Assembly: GCA_035084275.1 (NCBI GenBank)
Contig: CM068750.1
Coordinates: forward strand, 8,494,001 to 8,558,000
Length of the DNA: 64,000 nt
Direction: 5' to 3'
Source of the DNA: Hydrolagus colliei
Taxonomy: Eukaryota
The position numbers were made by a program, and so were the translations under genes. Under the pieces are notes generated by a model, which was given only the letters and a program-made list of their open reading frames with translations, was not told the DNA's origin and did not search any database. Shown here piece after piece: positions 12,001-22,753 of the stretch (positions within the stretch are counted from its first letter, which is position 1; the number at the start of each line of letters is the position of its first letter).

Positions 12001-14971
12001 TACTTATTTTTCTCTAACTCGTGTTCTATTAAACTAAAATCTTGTAATCCCAGACTTCTGTGAGTTTGTGAATGTTGTGTGACATTATGGGGCAGATGCC
12101 TTTCCAAACATTGCGGAGGAGCAACGTTTAGTGGTTCCAAAAATCGAGGATAATGAGTCCCAGCAAAAATGCTTGATGAGCAAAGCCCATGATGAGTGTC
12201 ACGGTTCAATTTGTTTATGTTTGCTGAGCTGCAGCTGAACCGACATAGCAGTAAAGGGCACAAGTGTTGTTTTACTCAGGATTTTCCGCTGTTTTCTTCC
12301 CCTTTCCATCTCGCATCAGCACATTTCCCTTGGGAATGCCCTCCATCAATGTTGATGAAAGATGTCTGCAATGATCGGCTCAGTGGCTGGTTTCTCTTTC
12401 TCTCACCAATGCTTTTTTTTGTTTTTTGACCGAAACCTTGATCCGTGCCTTTGTCACCTCTCGGCTGGACTATTCCAATGCCGGTCTCCCCTCTGCCACC
12501 ATTCACAAAATCCATGTTATCCAAAATTCTGCCCCCCGCATTCTCACTCGAACCAAATCTTGCTTCCTGATTAACCCAGTCCTTGCCTTTACTCTACCGG
12601 GTCTGGCATCCTCCTTTTCCCCAAAATCGTCCGTTCCACTGTTGACGGCCGTGCCTTCAGCCACTACACCCCGAGGCTCTGGAAATCCCTTCCTCATTCC
12701 CTTTGCCTCTCCCCCTCCTTTCCTATTTTCAGGTCACGCCTAAAGACCTTTCTTTTCAACCGCGCTTTTGGTCACCTTTTTCCACCCAACCCCCCCCCCC
12801 CGGCTTGGCTCCAGGATCCATTATTGTGGAATTGCTCTGAGACGTCATCTGAGTGGAAGGCACTATATAAATCCAGGTTGTTGTTATTGTTTAATTGTTA
12901 CATGTTTTCCCACCTCACTCACTCGCCTATTCATTTCCAAGGGCTCTGGCAACCTTCCACTCCCCTCTCCTTGCTTTACCCAAGTTCACCATTACTTTGT
13001 CTAGAAGACGTGCAAAGCGCTATATCAAATGCAAGGATTCTTCTTCTTATTATTATTATTAAATGTAGGGACATTACTACCGGTATTTTATCCCAAGCTG
13101 ATTCTCCTTCTGGTTTGCTTGTAAAAAATTCTGATATCATTTGTCATGGAATGGACCGAAACTCAAAGCATTTTCTCTGTTTATATATGTTCTCCTGTTT
13201 TGCTGTATCCAATCTCCTTGATGTCCCAGTTGCCCTGTGAACATTCTTGCCTAGTTTCTGCCAGCCCATGGTGACCTGTGGTATTACTCCATGTGATACC
13301 ACACACGTTTGAGCCTCACCTCACACGTGGGGTGAGGCTCAAAACGCCAACTCTCCTTGAAACTGATGTTTTCCAAGTCACAGATCAAACAGCCCATCAA
13401 AGGGACCATCCCAAACTCCCTTTCACAAGGGAAAGTAAGCCAATCGCTAGAGCGGGCGCTTGAAATCCATATTCACATTAACATACTCAGAAAAAGGTTT
13501 ACACACACAGGCATCGGTCATTTTTCAAATCTACATTCATGCTTTTTTCGTCAACAGTACAACTTATTGTATGCATATACATACTCTTGTGCAAACAATG
13601 ACAATTGTGACTGGTCCCTAACTGCAGGCAAAGGCTGTGAGTACTTTGTTTACTGTCCTGACTGAGCATATTTGATGTTTGTTTAATCTTTACATTTTTG
13701 TTTACGAGTTAAATCATTTGATCTCTAAGCTGCCCCCCCCCCCCCCCCCCCGCCCATCAAGATCTGTCGGTTTCTGGACCTCGCAAGGCAAATTTAACAC
13801 TGTGATGATCACTCCTGTTAAACTGATACAACCCATCGTGCGAATGACAGACAGATACAGACAGTCAGACAGCAAAGGTGACAACACACACAGGTGTGAT
13901 CAGGACCGACACCTTCAACCTCAAAACCTTATACAGTACGTGAGAGGATGGTCCCAACTCTTACCTTTTGGGCTGTGAGTGAACTATCCCAATAATAGTG
14001 ATTTTCATCGATGGTTTCAGTCCGTTTCTGATCTCGCCGATAAAGGGCCGAACCTGTGAAATGAAACGTAAAAAAAATTCATGTGGACGCAGAGAAGTCA
14101 TCAAGTTCCTTTACGAGCGCATTTCCCTCCCACCCAACTCATTAATTCAGATGATTATTTGATAAGGAGTTGTGAAACTGAAGGGGTTCGAGGGTTTGTT
14201 TGTTTCCAAACCTGTTGCATGTATAATTATATATAAAATGTGTAACACAACGACACTGGTCAAATAATTCCCACCAGGATTATTAAAGGAATTTGCAACG
14301 TGTCACTCTAGGACGAAGAAAAAGCATGGAAATCGGGGGAAAAACGACTTAAAATCTGCCTTCAAACGAGTTTTGTTCTTTTGAAAATGATGGGCGATTG
14401 GGGGATGGGGGACATATCGACACGCAGATAGTTCTCTACCCCAGAATTATATTCTGTATTGAAAAGTTACTTTGATGTGAAATCAACCCGCAGGTCTTAT
14501 TGGATCGCTTTGAAGTTGAAATGAGACCTGACACGCGTGTGTGTGTGTGTGTGTGTAATAAAAGAGCAATGAATACAATAATACATGAAGGTTTCAGTCA
14601 CAATGGAACAAGTAATTCAGTAACCAGGACTCCACAATGTTGAAACTCCGATTGCAATCTCACGCATCGTGCCAACCAGGCATCTCTGCACTTTTAAGCT
14701 ATGGTTGATCAAGAGTTTTATTCATCTATTCGCGCAAAAAAAAAAACCCAACACTAATTGCTCGATAACTAATGATATTTAAACCAGTTCGGAAATAATC
14801 AAGGCAATACATGATAATAATATTAATAATATTATTCGACCTGTGTTTGTAAACTTGATTTGATCGACTGAATGGATCATATTGGGGGGGAAAGTAATGA
14901 AATAGTTAGTTAGTTAGTTAGTTAAATTAGTTAGTTAGACTTACAGCTGCTGACTTGTCATTGTTTGCCAT
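9035..14971 (-). CDS. Galectin-related protein (LGALSL/GRP-like), single galectin domain, 144 aa; coding exons 14971-14945, 14053-13965, 9767-9593, 9178-9035
   Basis: Translation: [144 protein letters not shown]. GT-AG introns, phases 0/2/0. The motifs YFPF, EILCEH and FDF.HRI are LGALSL-like. The first 27-nt exon is the least certain. Confidence 0.9.
10344..10653 (+). mobile_element. Full-length tRNA-derived SINE, same family
   Basis: GAAGTCCTGTAGCTCAGTGGTTAGAGCA...GGTTCAATTC...tail (ATT)n. Confidence 0.88.
11340..11560 (+). mobile_element. Old interspersed repeat, probably a SINE. Related segments at ~1140-1260, 7840-7960, 21790-22050(-), 35190-35500 and 38440-38720.
   Basis: Recurrent degenerate core CAATTG(G)CCTCAG...CCTGG(G)CTAGGGA...AA(T)CAGCCAGG.TTCCTG.TCCTGAT. 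Confidence 0.5.
12425..12890 (+). mobile_element. L2-clade LINE 3' remnant
   Basis: Translates [17 protein letters not shown]...IQNSAPRILTRT (L2 RT C-terminal motif) and ends in a stem-loop plus (GTT)n. Confidence 0.8.
14902..14937. repeat. (TAGT)n microsatellite. (GT)n arrays at ~14537-14556 and 36083-36103; 16-bp tandem at ~79-113.
   Basis: Directly visible. Confidence 0.85.
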
Positions 14972-15624
14972 TCTCGCTTTCTTTCTCTCTGTCGTTTTTT
15001 TTTCCTCTCTCTCTTTTTTAACGCTATTGATGGGTCCGGTCAACGTGGGGGTGGAGGTCTGAGGGACAGGTAACTGATGTCCATGAAAGAGCCGAGTCAG
15101 TGTGTTGGTGTCAGACGCTAGTTACTGCATCCATCCTCCAGCTCAGGGCAGGGCAGACAGGCAAAGGCAAGGCAAGGCAAGGGAGTAACTGTGCCTCTTC
15201 CCATAGCAACCACTGTAGCTGGGGTGGGGTCTCCGAGAGCCTCCGCCTTCCAATGAAAGCTCCAGACTGCAACCTGTGCCCAGGACAGATAAAGCAATCG
15301 CTCCACACCACGTTGTCGCAAAAACAGTCAAGATGACTCCCGACTTACAGGAGGCAAATACTATTGTGTGTGTGTGTATGTCTGTCTGTCTCTCCCCACC
15401 CACCCACCCACCCGCCCGCACAAATAATAAAATATATATTTGGGTTACCAATCTGCAGACTTGTTGTCTCATTCCTTTTTTAAAAAAAAACCCGAAGGGA
15501 GTTTTCAAAATTCGCCATAAAGTCATTTGAATTATTTGTTTTTTATCCAGGATCTTCCCCCCATGACCTTTATTCGCCTCTTAAGGTGATAAGTGGGGGT
15601 AAAAAAATTAAAATATATATTTTT

Positions 15625-15851
15625 TTCATGTCAAAGTGTACTTTGAACTGTATGCTTTCAGAAATAAACAGTTTCGATTGGTGAAATAAACTTATTTCCA
15701 AAGAAATATAGGGAATGTGAACCTGTGAAATCAGATTTATTGTTGAATTCTTATTCTTTTTACCCTATATTTTCTTTGGAAATGAGTTTATTCCACCAAT
15801 CGAAACAGTTTGTTCTGAAAGTATACAGTTCAAAGTACACTTTGACATGAA
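15625..15851. repeat. Long inverted repeat (~89-bp arms 15625-15713 / 15763-15851), MITE-like
   Basis: The arms are reverse complements with only a handful of mismatches and indels. Confidence 0.9.
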
Positions 15852-16194
15852 CATTTTTTTTATTTTAAGGGATTACTTAAACCACGTACAGAAAGACAAT
15901 CCGTGTGTGAAGAAGGAGCAGGAGTTGTCACCTGGGTCTCTTTACTAGCTGGGGAGACTTGCTGGAATGAGTAAACTCCAGAGACTTGTTTGAATCAGCT
16001 TCCAATGTGCTGCCTTTTCTTTTGTTTTCTTCAAATGCATTTTTGTTCAGGGGATTTTTAAAAAAATGATACTGTATATCAATACTGTATTCAATGTGTG
16101 TGCCAAATGCTGCCACGTCTTAGTAAGTTTCCTCGACAGCTCTCCCCCTCCCCCCCCCCCCACACACAATATTTATATATAAATATATATATAA

Positions 16195-16517
16195 ATTTGC
16201 CTGCTCCAAGCCCCCCACCCGAACCGCCCCACCATCGGAGGCCGGGCCTTCAGTTTCTCCGCTCCCACCCTATGGAATGCCATCCCTCAATCCCTCAGTT
16301 TTGTTTCTTCCCTTTCCTCTTTCAAGGCCGATTTGAAGACTTTCCTCTTCGATCGTGCCTTTTGTTCCACCCCGAACTCTTTTACCTCCCCTTCGTGTTT
16401 CACCCCTTCCCAAACACTCCCCTCCCAGCTCGGGTCACACGCCTCCTGTGCAGCGCCTTGGGACGTCCTCCCGACGTGAAAGGCGCTCTATAAATGTAAA
16501 TTGTTGTTGTTGTTGTT
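16195..16517 (+). mobile_element. L2-clade 3' end. The same tail occurs at ~19405-19492, 41000-41106, 44617-44679, 45448-45503, 46971-47036(-), 48981-49042 and 57046-57126.
   Basis: Recurrent tail CAGCGCCTTGGGACGTCCTCCCGACGTGAAAGGCGCTCTATAAATGTAA(TTG)n. Confidence 0.8.
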
Positions 16518-17269
16518 TATATAAAATGACCTGTGTAGTTATTGAAACCACTGATCAACATTTTAAAGATCCACGTATATGAAGGAGCTTTGTGAAACGA
16601 TCAGTGACTATTGGTGTGTGTTTTTTTTAACTGAGGTTAATGACCCAATTTTACATTGTTGGGAGGAGAATTTATAGTTCAAAAGTGCCCGGAAATGTTT
16701 GTCAGAATAGCCCAGTGATTATAAAACCCAATTTAGAGATTGTTTAGCGTTTGCTTTGCCCTTTTGAGTCACACGTATTTATAGTGCAGGATGATTTTGA
16801 CCGGAAATAGCCAGAAATACAACCAAAAACATATGATGGTTCACTTCTGAGCAGCATGGAGACAGGCAGATAATGAGATTAAGACAGAAGCTTGCCACTC
16901 AAGAGTTAGTGCCAGAAACAACATCACACGAGATGAGAGGGACATAACATGGAAACCGAGACAGACACTATAAATAATATTGAAAAAAAATACGTGAGGT
17001 CGAGCACAGAATCCAAACCAGGAGAGCTTATGTATAAAGATAATAAACAAGGAAAGCAAAAATTTGCCTTGTTATTGTACCTTATGTTGAATTGTCTCAA
17101 ATGATTCACATTAATTACTGTAAAATGTTATTTATTTAATATATTAAATAAAGTTAATTTATTAAATGGTTTATTAAACAAAACGAAATGCCAATGTATT
17201 AGTCCCACTGATGAAAGAGGAACTGGTCTACACCTAGGAACAAATATCTCCTAGAATGGAGACCAGAAT

Positions 17270-17990
17270 CCAGTCTTCAAGTCCGGGAAGCAATTGAATT
17301 TGCGGTGTCTCAAATAAAGCATTTGAAGGAAAGGGGATGATGCAAAGTTCAACTGTGAATAGCAATACGATATCCCAAAGAAAATGTTTAGTTGTGTACA
17401 AAGTAAGTAGACCAATGAAGAGTTGATTATTCTTTAATAATAATAATATATTTTAAAGAATAATTTGAATAGAAATGGGATCAGGAAGTGGCAGATGTGT
17501 GAAATTAATTATACACATAACATCCCAGGTTTAGTTAAACTGTTTGGAATCTAACAATTGTATATATCAATGAGACATCCATATGAAGAAACTGAAAGCA
17601 ATTACATGTCTTTTGGGTAACTGGACCAAATGGTTACACTTGAGAATTTGCAAGGAAATAGATGAGGCTCTAGTTAATATTTTCAGTTTGTCCATGAAAG
17701 CTGGGTCTGTTGATAATTCATTTAATCCTTGCATTTAAACAAACAAGGAGATGAACGTAAATTAGAGAATTTACAACCGGTTAATATAAATTATGCAGGG
17801 GGAAATGCTGAGGAGCTGGTTGGCAGGGTTCAGTTGGAGAATGCAGGAGGTAAGGGAAAGTCAACAAGGTTTTTAGGAGCAAAAGGTCATGCCTCACAAA
17901 CTTACAGGAATGTCTGAGAAGATAACTGAGTCGTGGTGAAGGATATACTATGATGTACTTGGATTTTTAGAAAGCATTTGAATTTCACTT
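17270..17990 (+). mobile_element. Highly decayed CR1-clade LINE RT remnant
   Basis: Degenerate YLDF.KAF motif (~17955) and GP.G...RI motif (~17625), with many stops and frameshifts. CR1-type 3' ends also occur at ~5085-5210 and ~33025-33100. Confidence 0.55.
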
Positions 17991-20539
17991 CTGAGGTGTT
18001 TTATTTCAATGCAGTGACCTTGGCTAGTTTGAGAATGTTGGATAAGGACATGATCAGCTCAGCTTGGTTCCTTTCACAGACAAATTGCCTACTAACAGTC
18101 ACTGCCTGAACTCATGTAAAGAGCCAGTAAGTTGGTGAGGTAATAAAGCGCTGACGGGTTTCTGTGGTTTTATACCTTACATCCAGTTAGTACCTGAAGA
18201 GTCTTGTGTGGAGTCCTGTAGCTCAGTGATTAGAGCACTCACCTCACAAGTGATGGACATGAAGCAGGCTGGAGCCTGATGAGTGGAAAGAGCGGGCAAG
18301 TCAGTGGGGATTAGGAGGTTATAGTGATAGCAGGGAGCAAGGCCATGGAGGGTTATGAAGGTGAGCACCAGGATCTTGAACTGTATATTCTGTGTGATGG
18401 AAAGCCAGTGAAATCAGGTTTAACACGACTTAACAGTTAAGTCATGAGAAATTATTTGTGTCCGAAGTGTTGCTTTATGTGTGTGTGTTGTGGGGGGTGG
18501 AAAATCTGGCTTCTCTTGCACCTCCAAATAGCTGACTGCAGAGCAGACTAAATGGAGGTCTGGTCTATCTTCTCGGTGGACATACATGGTTGGCCTGGGT
18601 TCCTTAGGGCAGGGTAGAGAGCCGCGAGTATTAAAGTTTCACTGCATGTTTTGCTGCCTGGTTCTGGACGTTCTCAGAATCAAGAAACCAATGGCTGAAA
18701 TGAATACAATGCTCTGAGTCATACAAGAGTGGAAGGAATAATCATTTAGGATAAACATTCAAGTTTCCCACACTATGTTGCACTATGAAATGTTCCTAGT
18801 CTGAGGTTGACTTGGCACCAGTTCACTTCCAATTATAGAATGTGGATGCAATTATACTCTCTGGCATGGAATCAAATGTGTTTAGCTGAACAAATCTCAT
18901 GACTAAAAATAGTTTTTAGCTTTGCCCGTTTGGCTTTTCCCAAAAAGCAATTCAGGGAACCAAACTGATCCACATCATTTTAGATGTAACTCTTTCATTT
19001 GTATCTGTATTCAGTAAACTGCAAAATGCAGGAATGCTTTATACTGTAGTGTAGACAGTATATTTTCTTGCTTACTGGGGTTCAACTGGACTACATTCAT
19101 TTAGAACAAGCTCAAATATTGTTCAACCTATTTCTGATCAATGTGTAAATAAAAATAGGATATATTTACAAAACTATAATAGAAATAAAAAATATTTTTC
19201 AATATTTCTTCAATATGGAATCAAAACCAAGCAAATGTGGCATCCTTCCAGTAACTGAATCAATGGTGGGCCATAGGAGGTTGAACTGCCCACAAATTTT
19301 GTGAAAAAGTGATGCCTTTAAAATGGTTAAAAATATATTAATTACATTGCTCAAAAAATAGGCATGATTCATGCTAAAGTCACACAGTACTCTGTACATG
19401 GTGTCCCCTCTCAGCTCAGACGCCTCCTGTGCAGTGCCTTGGGACGTCCTCCCGACGTGAAAGGCGCTCTATAAATGTAATTTGTTGTTGTTGGTTTGAG
19501 CATCACTGCAAAAAAAATCTCTAAGGTGTTACAAATGTAATTTGGATGTTGTTGCTGCTGTTGGAAGCCCAATCTCTGTACGGTACAGTACTCCCAAATT
19601 TTCCATATACGCTACAAGGTATCACTTCATATCATGTTTTATTTTGTTTTCTATTGAGGATCACATCTTTGAGACAAGTTACAAATTGCAACGCTATTTT
19701 GGTCACATTCCTCCCCAGAATAGAGATGAAAAATCTGTATTGTTGGCCTGTAGATTGGAAAAATATTATGGAATTAAAGATGATTACATTTAAAATGGAA
19801 ATATTATTATATTTTTGCCCTATTTCAGAGGCGAAAGAATAAACTCATAACGTATTATGAGTTGTACTCCAGGTCTCTGGAAGCTGTAGTGTAAGCCTTC
19901 TTTAGTTTGATGTAGCACCACTGAAATCACAACCTCTCATGGCTGAGTTATAGGTAGACACAAGTACTCCTGAATATGTCAGTTTTAGGAAAAATGAGTG
20001 GATTGCAGGAAACATTTTTTTTCTGATTCAGCTTGATAAATACTTTGAAATTCAGTAAACACTTGTTTAATAATTATTTAATGAAAATGTAGTTCAAAAG
20101 CCTTGCAAGTTATTGCAGTCATCTTGAGTATTTGGGGAGGGGGGGCGGGGGGGAGAGGGGTGCATTAGTCAAGATGATTGAATTAAGATGTTCTGAAGAT
20201 TGGTTTGGCTGATTATGGAGAAAATTACTTAGTTCACTTCAGAAGAATCGCAAATCTTGACTTCTGGGAAACATCAAAAAGCAAATAAAACAACAAATGT
20301 CAAGTTTGTTAATGATTTCAAAGGGGCAAAGTCTTGAAAAATGACCACATTGACGTGCAGTTGAGAAATGACTACTTATTTGGCTTTTGAACAAGAAGTT
20401 ATAGTGAAGTCTATTACATTCAATTTTATATTGGTGGTTTGATTATAACCCAATTTAGGCTGGTGTTAAAGCTGGTTACTGATTTGTCTCTGCAAATGTT
20501 CTCTCCTAAAGTTGTTTTGACTTTTCTTTTCTCTGTCTC

Positions 20540-20922
20540 TCCCTTACGGCCTCTCCCCACCCTACCTCTGCGACCTCCTAAACCCCTACCAACCTGCCTT
20601 GCCCCCTCCACTCAGCAGGCTCTGGCCTGCTCCACGTCCCCCGCCCCACCCTCGGCGGACGAGCCTTCAGCCAACCTGCCCCCAATCTCTGGAACTCCAT
20701 CCCGCAGTCCCTCCGGCTCGCCCCCCCCTCCCCCCTTCCCTAGCCTCCTTCATGTCTCGCCTCGAGACCCTCCTCTTCGACGGTCCCGTCGGGTCACCCC
20801 AAATACCCCCCTTTCCCTCCATCCTCCCCGACCTCAGCGCGGGTCTGAAACAATGACTGTCCAGCGCCTTGGGAGGCCCTCCTGTTGTGAAAGGCGCTAC
20901 ACAAGTGTAATTTTGTTGGTGT
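20540..20922 (+). mobile_element. L2-clade 3' remnant
   Basis: C-rich body closely similar to the reverse complement of 51889-52395; same tail. Confidence 0.8.
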
Positions 20923-21029
20923 TGAGTGTGTGTGTCTCTATTCTGTATGTGTTTCTCATTCTCCGTGTTTCTCCTTGTTTCTCTCTATGTTTCTTTCCTC
21001 TGTGTGTGTCTCTCCCCCTTCCTTCCTTC

Positions 21030-21420
21030 CCCAGGCCCGGATGTGGGGTTGGTCTCTTGTTGCCCTGGAGACGCCTCAGTGAGCGGTGACCCGTGACCCC
21101 CTCCCGGCAGCAGAAGCCGCGGATCAGGTGACGGAGGGGGAGGGCGGTGTCACATGACTCGTGTCCATGGCGGAGGAGAAGCGGCGGAGGAGCAGGAGGT
21201 GAGCACAGGGGCCGGGGGCCTGGGCCTGTCCCTGCCGCTCACACCCACACCCACAGAGCCAGGATCCGGCGGAACCGCTGCCCCTCTCTCCCCCTTGGCA
21301 TCAAGTAAGGAACTCTATTGCAGTTATGTCACCGAATCGAGGCGTGAATGTCAACAGCCTAACAGCCGCTAATAACAAGCGACAGCAACTTCCCGGGCGG
21401 GCGCCTGCGATTTGAGAACC
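21030..21420 (+). promoter_or_regulatory. CpG-rich promoter / first exon of ZFYVE26 (donor GAG|GTGAGC after 21198)
   Basis: Clearest CpG/GC-rich unique island in the window, ~1.5 kb upstream of the ZFYVE26 ATG exon. Contains an ETS-like CCGGATGT (21037), X-box-like GTTGCCCTGGAGAC (21059), GC-box (~21137-21147), GTCACATGAC (21149) and YY1-like ATGGCGG (21167). Confidence 0.65.
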
Positions 21421-22753
21421 GGCTTCTAAAGGCTCTGGCCATAGTGAATGGACTCCGGACTCTGTTACTGTCAGTACCCGAGGTTAAAGCCGAACAGAAA
21501 TTTGGTTCTACTCAAATGCTCCAATTTTATGTTTTATTTGATATGTCACTGAAGCCTACAATTTGTTTGTAAGTAAAAAAAAGACGCCACCCCCTCCCCT
21601 CCTCCCCCCCCCACTTAGACACAGATGTACCCCATGGTTTTTGATGCCCATCGCTTCACAGGGCATAGTTCTCAATACAGAGTATCTGGAAATGGTGGTG
21701 GTTCAAGAGATTTCATTTGTTCTGTGTCACTTTCTTTCTGCCCCTGCCTCCCACCACACACACACACACCATCTCTCTCGTTGACTAGATAGTGGATTTC
21801 ATACTTCATGTGCATATCCCTGAAATTACTGATTTTTTTTTGACTGGTGAAGGGACATCATAACTGAGCCTGATTTCTGTCTACAACTGTCAGCCACACC
21901 ATGTCCAACGGAATTCACTGGATTCTGATCAGTGGTAAACACAGGTTCATTATTTTCACCCATTCTCAACCCAGGAATGTTGTTGTGGCTTCACTGATGC
22001 TTTAGCTTAGAGCATTGATGTGTGTGTGATTTACTCAGTTAAAGACAAACTATTTGGGACTTTATCAGTTTATCTTTTTCCTAGTGGAGGAGATAAACAG
22101 ATAAAAGCTACAGGGATACATATTGTCTAACACCCTGTGATAATCTAAGTTCAGTATTTACATCTATATGAGCTGCTCTGCTCATAACATCTATTGTGAG
22201 TGTAATTTGCTCAATTCTTCACTGACATTTCTTCAAGTTGTCTGATAGAACATGAGCAGTGGGACTGTGGGACAGGGAAGATGATTCAGTTTGGGAAACA
22301 TTAAAAATGGGAAGAGCCTTCAATGACAATCTTTGCAATATTTTAATCAATGCTTCAGTGAATACTTTGGTAAGTAAAGTTTGATTTTTAACTAGATCTG
22401 TAAAATGAGGGAACTGATTTGAAACAAAATTCTAGTAAACACAAAAGAGCAACAAGTGCTGTCAATTGTGAGAAGTGAGAATATTGATTGTTCAACATGT
22501 ATGTGCCCTTTTGCCTGCTTTGCTATATGTGCAGCAATTCTCAGGGCTGTATTATATTTTATAGTGTTCCTGGCCACCCCTAAATTCAAAAGCTTCTTTC
22601 ATTTACCATTTGGTAATTAAGGTAAAAGGATAATGGATGAAAAGATTAGACAATATATTGTAAATGGTTGATTATTCTAAAATATTTTTAAAAACTATTT
22701 TGCCAAAAGAAACCTTTCTATTGTGCCTGGTCCTTGGAATGACATCTAACAAA

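Noticed and set aside
15100-15530. Cluster of overlapping short ORFs
   Set aside because: Low-complexity (GGCAA)n/(GT)n promoter or 5'UTR region of the galectin-like gene.
20439-21089. 216-aa Pro-rich ORF
   Set aside because: Read-through of a C-rich L2 remnant and a polypyrimidine tract; non-ATG start.
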